Source: Myxococcales bacterium (lineage in GTDB: Bacteria > Myxococcota_A > UBA9160 > UBA4427). Taken from it: DNA of 64,000 nucleotides. The stretch is from assembly GCA_012959805.1 (NCBI GenBank), contig DUCN01000018.1:21415-85414 (forward strand), read 5' to 3'. The stretch's first letter is position 1; each line of letters starts with the position of its first letter. The translations under genes and the position numbers were made by a program. A model generated the notes under the pieces. The model ran no database searches and was not told the DNA's origin. It saw only the letters and a list, made by a program, of their open reading frames with translations. Below, in pieces: positions 1 to 9,152 of the stretch.

Positions 1-2764
1 AGGGGATCGAAACACCTTGTTCGATCTTGGCTTCCTTGTTGTCGAGGGTCACGATTCGCGGACTCGAAACGACCTTGCCATCACCCGTGGACTCAGCCGC
101 CTGGATCTCGACATCGACCTTGAAGTCCTGATTGAAGATCAAGGCACTCATGGAGGCAACAGCGTTCGGAATCGCGGTAATCGGGTTAGCAAAGGCGAGA
201 CTATTTTGGTCGATTAAGCGGAAATCCTCACCACCAAGATCGGTACGCGGCGTATCCGGATCGAAGGGATCCACGAATTGCTGCGACTGGATTGCCCAGG
301 TTGATCCCAGTTCACGCGAGAAGTCGAGATTCGCCTCGACGATCTTCGCTTCAATCATGACCTGCGGCGTCTGCGTGTCGATGGCAGCGATTAGCGCGCT
401 GGCCTCATCAATGACAGAACTAATGTCCTTGATGATCAGCGTATTCGTGCGCTCATCCAGATTCACCGTTCCACGAGCCGAGAGGAGTCGCTTGACCAAT
501 CCCGCGACGTCCTTGACCGACGCGTAATTCACCGGCATCAGCTTGACTTCGAGATCCTCGAGCTTCTCCTTGTTCCGTCGTTCCTGTAGCCGAAGTTCTT
601 CTTCCGCTTTGAGAACTTCAGAAGGTGCGATTCGCAGTACGTTACCGACTCGAACAAAACCGAGGCCCTTCGTCATCAAGATGACATCGAGCGCTTGATC
701 CCAAGGCACTTCCACCAGACGAATCGTGACATTCCCGTCGACTTCATCACCGGAAATGATATTGAGATCACTCACCTCGGCGATCAGTCGAAGAACATCC
801 GCGATCTCGACATCCTTGAAGTCAAGCGATACTCGGCGACCGCGATACTCCTTGCCGTCGATGAGCCCACCTTCTTCGAGGACTTCAATGGCCGCAGGAA
901 CTTCGACGGCGGCGGGAACCGCGACTGCATCGATCGGAGCATCCCAGACCGTGCCGGCGACTGCCATCGCTGCCGGACCATCCATCTCGGGAAATTCATT
1001 GTCGAAGCCAGGCAATACTTCCGCCTCGTCGTGAATCGCATCGATAAGACCTGCGTCAATCCCCGTATCCGAGGCAAGGTCGACTTCACCCTCCATCGTA
1101 TCCGCGACCGGCTGCACTTCGAAGCCCGTCGCCTCATCCGTATTCATTGCGTCTTCGTCGAAGTTCAACGCCATCTCGGAATCGATCGAGTCCACCGCCT
1201 GAATACTCGGTGCACCGCCTGTATCCACCAGTCCCGCGTTCGGGAATGCCGGAGGCGCAGCGGCTGCAATACCCATGTCTGCAAAGTCGACAAAGATCAT
1301 CGACCCGCGTCGACTCACAATCGGCTCCTGATTTGGAGCACGCGTGAAGACAACCCGAACTTCTGGGACTTCGACGTCGGGCTGCTGAAAGGCATGAACG
1401 AGCGAGATCGGTCCACCCGCGTTCGGAAAGATTCGATCCGAGGCATTGGCACTGATTATTGCACCCGGCAGACTCACGACCAGGGTCGTCGCGTCCGGTG
1501 AGAACACCGTGTAGGGCACGGCTTCATCAGCCAGAATTGCGGTGCGATCCATCTCTTCCGTTCGTTCGTAATGGAGACCGTAGACCTCGGCGAGTTCGAA
1601 GGAAGCTCTCACCACTTCCTCCGGCGCCTGCACAGCAACCAACTCAGTGATCTCTTCTTCGACCACGATCTCCGTCATCGCGATCTCTTCATCTGCGACC
1701 GGAGTCATGTCGATCTCGGAGATATTGGCTTCGGGGGCGACATCATCCGCCGCTTCGAGGAGACTCGCGACCCACGCGGACTCCGATGCCTCAAGGGCCT
1801 CGTTCATCGCGGATTCGAGTGCTTCCCCAGTACCAATGGCTATCCACAATCCCGTGGTTCCGGGCATGACCTGGCGACCCTGAAAGTCATTGGCATTCGG
1901 TCCGCCATCGAGCACGATGCGAACCTTGTCATCATGAGCGCCGAAACGAACCGCAGAAACCAGGTCCGATTCCAGCCCGATATTGGTGATGCCTTGACTC
2001 ACGATGAGGCCCGGAAGATCAACGACCAGGCGAGCCGGGTCGGCGAGCGTAAAGGCTTCGAGACTTCCGATACCCCCGTCGGTCATTAATGAGACCAACA
2101 CCCCGCCGTCGGTCACCTTTGCCGACAGACTGATCAACCGGGTAGCCGCCGGAGGCAGGACGTCGGACAAGCCAACGTTCGTGTCTTCCGAGAACTCGGT
2201 GTCGGAACCCCAGAGTGGCAACTCTTCGGCCCCCAGAGCAGAATCCGTCTCGTCCGCGACATCCATCATCTCGTCACCGAGAATAATTCGAATCTCGAGG
2301 CCATCGCCCGTCGAGAGAACTTCGGCTCGACCTGAGTCCGCCATCACGATCTCGACTCGGGTGAGCGGCGTGTCGCCCTCCTGATCGAAAGTCGCGACGG
2401 AAATCAAGTCAACCACACCGTCGTAGGCCGCGATCTGCCGAGCTTCGTCGCTCACCGCGCCCATCAAATCCTCCGCCGCGGGCTTCCCCACGCCGACTAG
2501 ATCAACGATGACCAGATTCGAATTCGCACTCGCAGACACCGAATAGATCGGATCAATCAGGCCTTCGAGCCAGATGACACTTTCCGCACCATCCCTCGAG
2601 ACGGAAACGTCCCCGATGGTCTGAACCATCGCCACTGATGCATCCGACGACCCGCCCTCTGGCGCGATCGGCGATGCACAACCCACGGCAAAGGCCACCA
2701 CAACAAGCGCTGCGGCCCCGACCTGAATCATACCTTGAAGCCATCCATTATTAGGATAGACCAT
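1..2764 (-). CDS. pilQ: Type IV pilus secretin PilQ, partial (C-terminus lies beyond position 1)
   Basis: Absent from the ORF track because the frame has no stop inside the window. My reverse-strand translation from ATG 2764 gives MVYPNNGWLQGMIQVGAAALVVVAFAVGCAS (signal with lipobox-like AVGC). Three AMIN-like modules follow (..NLVIVDLVGV.., ..ARLVVDLPGL.., ..TLVVSLPGA..), then an acidic linker. Secretin N-domains (VSLDFKDVEIADVLRLIAEVSDLNIISG; VKLMPVNYASVKDVAGLVKRLLS) and secretin core (QVMIEAKIVEA; KVVSSPRIVTLDNKEAKIEQG) follow. Located directly after pilMNOP. Confidence 0.9.
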   Translation of the reverse strand, partial: MVYPNNGWLQGMIQVGAAALVVVAFAVGCASPIAPEGGSSDASVAMVQTIGDVSVSRDGAESVIWLEGLIDPIYSVSASANSNLVIVDLVGVGKPAAEDLMGAVSDEARQIAAYDGVVDLISVATFDQEGDTPLTRVEIVMADSGRAEVLSTGDGLEIRIILGDEMMDVADETDSALGAEELPLWGSDTEFSEDTNVGLSDVLPPAATRLISLSAKVTDGGVLVSLMTDGGIGSLEAFTLADPARLVVDLPGLIVSQGITNIGLESDLVSAVRFGAHDDKVRIVLDGGPNANDFQGRQVMPGTTGLWIAIGTGEALESAMNEALEASESAWVASLLEAADDVAPEANISEIDMTPVADEEIAMTEIVVEEEITELVAVQAPEEVVRASFELAEVYGLHYERTEEMDRTAILADEAVPYTVFSPDATTLVVSLPGAIISANASDRIFPNAGGPISLVHAFQQPDVEVPEVRVVFTRAPNQEPIVSRRGSMIFVDFADMGIAAAAPPAFPNAGLVDTGGAPSIQAVDSIDSEMALNFDEDAMNTDEATGFEVQPVADTMEGEVDLASDTGIDAGLIDAIHDEAEVLPGFDNEFPEMDGPAAMAVAGTVWDAPIDAVAVPAAVEVPAAIEVLEEGGLIDGKEYRGRRVSLDFKDVEIADVLRLIAEVSDLNIISGDEVDGNVTIRLVEVPWDQALDVILMTKGLGFVRVGNVLRIAPSEVLKAEEELRLQERRNKEKLEDLEVKLMPVNYASVKDVAGLVKRLLSARGTVNLDERTNTLIIKDISSVIDEASALIAAIDTQTPQVMIEAKIVEANLDFSRELGSTWAIQSQQFVDPFDPDTPRTDLGGEDFRLIDQNSLAFANPITAIPNAVASMSALIFNQDFKVDVEIQAAESTGDGKVVSSPRIVTLDNKEAKIEQGVSIP

Positions 2765-2769
2765 TAAGC

Positions 2770-3354
2770 TCACCCTCCCTGGCTCAGACGAATTCGCAAC
2801 TCCACGTCCTTCGTCGTTTGTTCACCCGCAAGATTTTCGTAGGTCTCTTTGACCAGGACGAGGTTGTCGCCGATGTGAATCACTTGCCCACTGTTTTTTC
2901 CGATCTGTGAACCCTCATGAACGATGTACGCCCGACCCCCTGGATCGAGAATCAAGGCACGAGGATTCGTCGCATCCCAGATCACCGCGGATAATTCGAG
3001 CTGTGCCAGTTCGAAGTCGCCAAGCGGCCCAAAGCTCTCACCCGTCTGGCGATCATCGTCGGCTTCGGCAAATCGAAAGGACCGGAACGGATCCCGTTTG
3101 TCGCGCGGATCGTAGAAGTAGTCGCTCTCTGCCGACGCATACCCCGTCTCATCGACCTCGGCGGTCCGCTCAGCGACGGCGGCATTCCCAACCGAAGTCG
3201 AAGGCTTGACAGCCTGCCGCGCGGCGAGCGCCTCACGTTCCTTCAGGAACTCCGACGTCGTCGGCGTACCGGTATGGTCTTCCTCCGCACAACCGGTCGC
3301 CATCAAGGCGAGGCCTAGCATCAGGAATGACATTCCCAGCCATCTAGTTTTCAT
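2770..3354 (-). CDS. pilP: Type IV pilus assembly lipoprotein PilP
   Basis: ATG 3354 is preceded by GGGAG 5 nt upstream and opens with the lipoprotein signal MKTRWLGMSFLMLGLALMATGC. The longest ORF would start at 3405. Position between pilO and pilQ, with a beta-rich C-terminal domain. Confidence 0.8.
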   Translation of the reverse strand: MKTRWLGMSFLMLGLALMATGCAEEDHTGTPTTSEFLKEREALAARQAVKPSTSVGNAAVAERTAEVDETGYASAESDYFYDPRDKRDPFRSFRFAEADDDRQTGESFGPLGDFELAQLELSAVIWDATNPRALILDPGGRAYIVHEGSQIGKNSGQVIHIGDNLVLVKETYENLAGEQTTKDVELRIRLSQGG

Positions 3355-3391
3355 TACAGCTCCCGGCCCCTGGGCTCGCTCTCTCATGAAC

Positions 3392-3991
3392 TCACGCCTC
3401 ATCACTGATGAATCTAAAGGTCGTCGCCATTCCGGTGACCTTGAGTCGAGTCAGCTGCCGAGTTTCGTCGACAACATCGATCTTCAATCGACCGATGTTC
3501 ACGATTCGCGGCAGATTTGCGACCACCTCGAAGAAGCGCGCAAGATCGTGGTAACTACCCTCAATCTCGATCTCGAAGGGAACTTCCGCGTAGAAGTCAC
3601 GACGGATCTCCGTATCGCGGTCAATCGACTTGATCGTCACGCCAACCTTCTTGCCGGCCGTGCTGATATCCTGCAGCAGGTCCTCGAACTGCTTCTTGTT
3701 CGGAAGCTGCTTGAGCGCGAGATCCAAGTCTCTCTGCAAACCTGCGACCTCGGCTTCGAAGCCAGGTACGTTGTTCGCAACTGCGCGTGCATTATTCAGA
3801 CTTCTCTGCAGTTCTTGTGAACGAGCAACCATCGCGGTCCGCTTGCTCTGCGCAGGCTGATACGACATGAACCAGTACCCGGCACAGATCGCCACGAGCC
3901 CAGCCACCACCACCGCCAGCCGAATCGGCTTGGGGATCTTGGCGAGTTGTTCGAGCTTCTCGTCGAAATCGACGTTTAGTTCCAATGCCAT
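3392..3991 (-). CDS. pilO: Type IV pilus assembly protein PilO
   Basis: ATG 3991 with GGAGG 5 nt upstream. Single TM (IRLAVVVAGLVAICAGYWF), then a coiled coil and a C-terminal domain. Position between pilN and pilP. Confidence 0.8.
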   Translation of the reverse strand: MALELNVDFDEKLEQLAKIPKPIRLAVVVAGLVAICAGYWFMSYQPAQSKRTAMVARSQELQRSLNNARAVANNVPGFEAEVAGLQRDLDLALKQLPNKKQFEDLLQDISTAGKKVGVTIKSIDRDTEIRRDFYAEVPFEIEIEGSYHDLARFFEVVANLPRIVNIGRLKIDVVDETRQLTRLKVTGMATTFRFISDEA

Positions 3992-4004
3992 TTTTGCCTC
4001 CGAT

Positions 4005-4574
4005 TCAAGACGCTTCGGTCTCTTCGACCGGTGATTCCATATCCGCACGGATCACGAAGTTGACGAGTCGAACACCCCGCACGATCTTGCCGCCGCTCGT
4101 TTTGTCTAGATCAACATTGCTGAAGAAGGGAGATGTGTTCATTCCGCGCAGAAAATCAGCGACGACACCCGTGTCGAGACTCTGTCCCTCAAGTTCAATA
4201 CCCTTGCCCTGAGTCTTGATCGACGTCAGCCAAAGTCGCTCCGGGACATTTGCCGAAAGCTCATCGAGGATTCGAACCGGTCCACTGCGAGCCCGTTCGA
4301 GACTCGCAATGATGTCCAGCTTGTCCTGAAGCTCTTTCTTCTGGGTCTTGAATTCCTGGACGAGTACCTGCTGAGGCTTGTATCGATCGATGTCGGCCTG
4401 AAGCTGGGCAACACTCGCTTCCGCATTGGCCAGATCGCTGCTCACGCTCTTGGCCATGAAGAAGATGCCGGCGGCGACGACTACGAGACCGAGCGCCAAT
4501 ACGGCAAGGGTTTCTCGCAGGTCCGCGGCTCGCCTTGCTTCGCGATGCGGAAGTAGGTTGATTTCCATGATCAT
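4005..4574 (-). CDS. pilN: Type IV pilus assembly protein PilN
   Basis: N-terminal INLLPHRE motif, one TM and a coiled coil. ATGA overlap with the pilM stop. Confidence 0.85.
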   Translation of the reverse strand: MIMEINLLPHREARRAADLRETLAVLALGLVVVAAGIFFMAKSVSSDLANAEASVAQLQADIDRYKPQQVLVQEFKTQKKELQDKLDIIASLERARSGPVRILDELSANVPERLWLTSIKTQGKGIELEGQSLDTGVVADFLRGMNTSPFFSNVDLDKTSGGKIVRGVRLVNFVIRADMESPVEETEAS

Positions 4575-5653
4575 CGATCAAGTCTCCTCGTAGCCAGGCC
4601 AATTCCTACGGCCATCAGCGGCGCCATGGTTTCCAAATACTCGGGCTCAAAGCCGTTGCTTGGCAGCATGTGGGCCAGCGGATTCATCTCGCCCGTTTCG
4701 AGACCTGTTCGCTCGCCGAATGCGGCTGCGAAACCTGCGATCTTCGAACCTCCACCGGAGAGCAGAACCTTGCTGATTCGAGCGTCCGCCGAAGTCGCTG
4801 CAAAGAAGTCGAGCGAGCGTGCAATCTCCCCGATCACGGTGTCGGAAACACTTCGCATGGCCTGTTCGACTTCCTGCGGAATGACGTCTTGGGTCTGGCC
4901 TCCACCCTGGTCGCCACCCATCTTGATCTTTTCCGCTTCGTCGAAAGAAACCGAGAGTGCCTTCTGAATTTCTTCGGTGTACTGCGCGCCCCCGGTCATG
5001 ATGTCCCGAGTGAAGGCGGGAATCCCATTTCGCAGGACGTTGATGTTCACCACCTGCGCGCCAATATTGACAAGCGCCGTGACCGCGTCGGGATCTTGTT
5101 CGTAGTTTACTTCGAAGGCGTTCTGGATCGCGAAGCCCGCCACGTCGATCGCAATAGGATTGAGTCCCGCTTCCGTGATGACCTGATAGTAGTCGTCGAT
5201 CAGATCCTTCTTGGCCGCAACGAGCAGGACATCCATCTGTCCTTCCTCTTCGTTGGAGTCGAGGATCTGGAAGTCCAGATTAACTTCGTTGACATCGAAG
5301 GGAATATACTGCTCAGCTTCCCACTGGATCTGATCCTCGAGTTCCTCGCGACTCATCTGCGGAAGATTGACGCGTTTCACAATGACCGAGTGTCCAGAGA
5401 CCGATGCGGCGACGTCCTTTCCTGAGAATCGACCGCTGTCCATGGTCTCACGAATCGTGTCGACGATCGCGCTCGAGTTGAGAAACGCGCCCTGCACGAT
5501 CGATTCAGGCGGAAGCGTGGCCTGGCCTAGACCACGGAGTTCGAAGCCCTTGTCCCTGCTTTTCATTGCAATTTCGACAGCCTTCACCGAGTTCGACCCA
5601 ATGTCGAGTCCGATGACCGAAGACTTGCCAAAGCTCGGTAGCGAAAATTTCAT
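4571..5653 (-). CDS. pilM: Type IV pilus assembly ATPase-fold protein PilM
   Basis: Actin-like fold signature VIGLDIGSNSVKAVE at the N-terminus. About 360 aa. First gene of pilMNOPQ. Confidence 0.9.
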   Translation of the reverse strand: MKFSLPSFGKSSVIGLDIGSNSVKAVEIAMKSRDKGFELRGLGQATLPPESIVQGAFLNSSAIVDTIRETMDSGRFSGKDVAASVSGHSVIVKRVNLPQMSREELEDQIQWEAEQYIPFDVNEVNLDFQILDSNEEEGQMDVLLVAAKKDLIDDYYQVITEAGLNPIAIDVAGFAIQNAFEVNYEQDPDAVTALVNIGAQVVNINVLRNGIPAFTRDIMTGGAQYTEEIQKALSVSFDEAEKIKMGGDQGGGQTQDVIPQEVEQAMRSVSDTVIGEIARSLDFFAATSADARISKVLLSGGGSKIAGFAAAFGERTGLETGEMNPLAHMLPSNGFEPEYLETMAPLMAVGIGLATRRLDR

Positions 5654-5655
5654 TC

Positions 5656-5907
5656 CTAGAATTCCCTCCGCGACTCAGTAGCCATGTTCTCGCGTTCGTC
5701 TCGTCCGGCAATCAGGTCAAAAACGCGATCCTTGTCCATGACTCGAAGACCGAGCGCGAGCAGGATCTTTCGTTTCGTGTCGAGCCGACACGGCCGACCC
5801 GCCTCGACGCGGTCGATCGTCAATGCCGACAGACCCGCCTTTCGAGCAAGCTCTGCTTTGCTCATCATGAGGTTCTCTCGGAACTGTTGAACTTGATTGC
5901 TGCCCAC
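5656..5907 (-). CDS. Small XRE-family helix-turn-helix protein
   Basis: 83 aa. HTH_3-like FRENLMMSKAELARKAGLSALTIDRVEAG. Stop lies 2 nt before the pilM start, so probably co-transcribed with pilMNOPQ. Confidence 0.7.
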   Translation of the reverse strand: MGSNQVQQFRENLMMSKAELARKAGLSALTIDRVEAGRPCRLDTKRKILLALGLRVMDKDRVFDLIAGRDERENMATESRREF

Positions 5908-6181
5908 TAAATATCCTCCGACACCCGCTCAAATCTGATTCGGTCCGACAGAAGACCTATCGGACCGGAGATTCAGGGACTTGAGGGGCCTTGACGCGTG
6001 TTCGTTGTGCGGCGGATCACATCTAATGAGAGTGCAGTGCTCTCGCAGGCCCTATGACGCGCTGGGGCCAAAACCCAGCATGCAAAATATTTCATTCCCT
6101 CAGCGAATATGCCGATGAGATGCGTTGAGAGTCGCAAGCGAGTCCGCACCACGGCGCCGCGACTCGGAATGGAGTCAGCGC

Positions 6182-7567
6182 GTGTTCCGTCGAATACTGA
6201 TCGTGGACGATGATGATGCCCTTCGTGAGAGCCTCGAGCTTTTGCTCTCAGCCGAGGGATATGGCGTTCTTTCCGCGGATTGCGGTGATTCCGCCCTGAA
6301 ACTGATCGAGCAATCTCCGGTGGATGTCGTGTTATGCGACATTCGCATGCCTGGAATTGATGGCTTCGATCTCATGCCCCAAATTTCGCGCCTGACGCCG
6401 GGAATCCCGATTATCTTGATGTCCGCTCACGGCACCGAAGACCTGGCCATCGAGGCCATCGGTCGTGGCGCATACGACTATCTGTCCAAACCCTTTCAAG
6501 CGGCTGAGATTCGGCTGACGCTCCGCAAGGCCCACGAACGCGAAGAGCTACGCCGAAAGAACGACCTCCTCGAACGCGACATGTCCCGAAGAGTTGGCGA
6601 ACGTGCGATTGTCGCGGCCTCTGATTGCATGATCTCGCTACTCGAGCTGCTCGAACGCACCGCCGCTTACAAGTCGACGGTCCTCATCACAGGCGAAAGT
6701 GGCACAGGCAAAGAAGTCGTCGCTCGCGCCATCCACGCCCAGTCGCCCCGCCGGAATGCGCCTTTCGTCGCCATCAATTGCGGCGCCATTCCTGAAAACC
6801 TGCTCGAAAGCGAGCTCTTCGGTCATGTAAAAGGTGCGTTTACGGGGGCCAGCCGCGCCAAGCGCGGACTCTTTGCGGAAGCCGACAAGGGCACGCTCTT
6901 CCTCGACGAAATCGCTGAATTGCCTTCTTCCCTGCAGGTCAAACTCCTGCGTGCCATTCAAGAAGAAGAAATCAGGCCGGTCGGGGAAACGAAGTCCCAG
7001 GATATTGATGTCCGGGTCATTGCAGCGACTGCACGAAATCTCGAGCAAGAAATTGCCGAAGGCCGCTTCCGCGAAGATCTCTTCTACCGGTTGAACGTCG
7101 TGCGCCTCGAGGTTCCCGCGCTCCGCGAACGTCATCAGGACATTCCTCTGCTCGTCGATCACTTCTTGTCTCGACTCCGGGAGGATCTCGGCAAGAATAT
7201 TCGGAGTGTCTCGGATGAAGCACTCGCGCGGCTTATCGCATATAGCTGGCCGGGCAACGTGCGCGAACTTGAAAACATGATCGAGCGCGCAATGATTCTC
7301 ACCGATGGGGAATCCATCGAGGTGGCCGCCCTGCCGCCGACGATTCAGAGATCCGTTCGAGCCGTCGTTAATGGACGACTGGCGTCAGCGCCGGGAGCCG
7401 ATCCCCAAGGCTTTGCGCTCAAGCCGGCACGTCAAGCATTCGAGGCCGGACTCATCCGACAGGCGCTCGCGCAAACCAATGGCAACCGCACACATGCTGC
7501 GAAACTCCTGGAGATCAGCCATCGCGCACTTCTCTACAAGATCAAGGACTACGGTATTCGGGACTAG
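6182..7567 (+). CDS. Sigma54-dependent response regulator (NtrC/PilR2-like bacterial enhancer-binding protein)
   Basis: Receiver (ILIVDDDDALRE..VVLCDIRMPGIDG), AAA+ sigma54-interaction domain (GESGTGKEVVARAIH, GAFTGA) and a C-terminal Fis-type HTH (NRTHAAKLLEISHRALLYKIK). Probable start is GTG 6182 with GGAG at 6171-6174. The longest ORF starts at 6125. Confidence 0.9.
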   Translation: MFRRILIVDDDDALRESLELLLSAEGYGVLSADCGDSALKLIEQSPVDVVLCDIRMPGIDGFDLMPQISRLTPGIPIILMSAHGTEDLAIEAIGRGAYDYLSKPFQAAEIRLTLRKAHEREELRRKNDLLERDMSRRVGERAIVAASDCMISLLELLERTAAYKSTVLITGESGTGKEVVARAIHAQSPRRNAPFVAINCGAIPENLLESELFGHVKGAFTGASRAKRGLFAEADKGTLFLDEIAELPSSLQVKLLRAIQEEEIRPVGETKSQDIDVRVIAATARNLEQEIAEGRFREDLFYRLNVVRLEVPALRERHQDIPLLVDHFLSRLREDLGKNIRSVSDEALARLIAYSWPGNVRELENMIERAMILTDGESIEVAALPPTIQRSVRAVVNGRLASAPGADPQGFALKPARQAFEAGLIRQALAQTNGNRTHAAKLLEISHRALLYKIKDYGIRD

Positions 7568-9150
7568 GAGCGTGGGATTTCGTTCGTTCTGACCGAAGTC
7601 AGCCGCGAACCGCCCTCTGCTAAATCCAGATCATCAGCCTGGATGCCCGGTTCTCCTTTGGCCATCTGGCTTTCATCCCCGACCGCGCCCAGCACAAACT
7701 CGAAGCGCGCTCCGCCGAGGCTTGAAACCTGATTGTTCAACTCGACGCGACCGCCCATCTCCTCCGCAAGGCGTCTCGCATTGGCGAGTCCCAAACCGGT
7801 GCCTTCACCGGGTGCCTTCGTCGTGAAGAAGGGGTCGAATATTCGTTGAGGGTTCGGCAGTTGAACACCAGGGCCCGAATCTTCGATGCGACAGAGGATC
7901 GCATCGTCACGGAAAGCAAGTGACGGATCGTCATCTGATTCACCTTCGCGTCGGTGTCGAACCGTCCTGCCAATCCCGAATCGGATCATCTTTCGTTCGC
8001 AGTCCTTCATGGCCGACGCCGCATTCAGCGCCAGGTTCAGCAAGATCTGAGAGGCGATACTCGAATCTCCCTGCGCATCGCCAACGCCCTCTTCCACTTC
8101 GATTTCGAATTCGAGCTCGCAATACTCCTTCTGAGCCGAGATGAGATCGATCACTTGACGTGCCACCTCTTCGAGGTCGAAGGGGCGGTGCTGAATCGCT
8201 GGCGGTCGCGAGAAGTCCAGAAGCTGACGAAGAATGATTCGAACCCGTTCGCCCTGCTCGCTGGCGCGATCAAGACATCGCCGACCTTCTTCCCCGAGCC
8301 CAGTATCACGCGAAGCGACGTCGAGAAAGGCCAGCAGCGCGCCCATCGGATTGCCGACTTCGTGCGCGACCCCCGCCGCAAGATGTCCCACCATGGCCAA
8401 CCGCTCTGCCCGATCGAGACCATCACGGGCCTGAATAAGATCGGCATTCACACTGCGTAGTTCGAGGACAGCTTTCTCGAGAGAGCCCGTTCGCGCCGCC
8501 AATGCATTCTGCATCTCGTTGAAGGCCCGGCCCAGTGACTCGATCTCGCCCACGCCCTCGACGGGCACCAACCCCGGAACCAAGCCGGGCCCGATGCCCG
8601 GCAAACCCCGATCACCCATTTCGCGAACCGCATTCGACAGTCTATGCAGGGGTCCGACGACACGACGACGCAAGAGGGTCACCCCAAAGAGTCCGAAGAT
8701 GAGAACGTCGACAACGACTAATGCCGCCAGTACCAGACCCGACGCCGGTGCCTCGATCCGACCCGCTACAACGCCGTCGGGACCCCCATCGGGCGCCGCA
8801 AACCGAATCGCATCCCAGGGCGCACCCGACACAACGACTGCGTCACCCCCTTCCAGCACCTCGAGAGCAATTGAACGTGTTTTGTCGTCGAGGGTTTCAG
8901 CGGAGACGTTCACACCCGATACGCGCCCACCGCGCTCGATGCGCCACCAGAGGCCCCCATCGGTCGGTGAAATCTCAAAGGCCGAGTTCTGGACCTGTGC
9001 GGCAAATCCGCGACCGAGAACGCCATGCAGACTTTCGATTCGGGAATGACTGATATCGAGAAAGACCGCGGCGAGTAGCGCGGTTCCGGTCACCATCACG
9101 AGCGCCAATGAAAGCAGCACTTCGGCCTGCACACCTTGCCGCATAGCCAC
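7564..9150 (-). CDS. Sensor histidine kinase (two TM, HAMP, HisKA, HATPase_c); PilS2-like by position
   Basis: H-box LAAGVAHEVGNPMGALL and ATPase motifs (DSGPGV.., GTGLGL). Directly downstream of pilR on the same strand. Confidence 0.85.
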   Translation of the reverse strand: MAMRQGVQAEVLLSLALVMVTGTALLAAVFLDISHSRIESLHGVLGRGFAAQVQNSAFEISPTDGGLWWRIERGGRVSGVNVSAETLDDKTRSIALEVLEGGDAVVVSGAPWDAIRFAAPDGGPDGVVAGRIEAPASGLVLAALVVVDVLIFGLFGVTLLRRRVVGPLHRLSNAVREMGDRGLPGIGPGLVPGLVPVEGVGEIESLGRAFNEMQNALAARTGSLEKAVLELRSVNADLIQARDGLDRAERLAMVGHLAAGVAHEVGNPMGALLAFLDVASRDTGLGEEGRRCLDRASEQGERVRIILRQLLDFSRPPAIQHRPFDLEEVARQVIDLISAQKEYCELEFEIEVEEGVGDAQGDSSIASQILLNLALNAASAMKDCERKMIRFGIGRTVRHRREGESDDDPSLAFRDDAILCRIEDSGPGVQLPNPQRIFDPFFTTKAPGEGTGLGLANARRLAEEMGGRVELNNQVSSLGGARFEFVLGAVGDESQMAKGEPGIQADDLDLAEGGSRLTSVRTNEIPRS

Positions 9151-9152
9151 GA

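Noticed and set aside
695-2384. Long plus-strand ORFs (695..1501 at 268 aa, 1571..2089, 2004..2384) that look like genes in the ORF track
   Set aside because: They are antisense shadow frames of pilQ. Their translations are Arg/His-rich and motif-free, whereas the minus strand gives an uninterrupted secretin with recognisable domains.
6063-6080. Possible sigma54 promoter (gGGCCAaaacccaGCa) upstream of the activator gene at 6182
   Set aside because: Only the GG/GC spacing fits. Both the -24 and -12 flanks deviate strongly from consensus.
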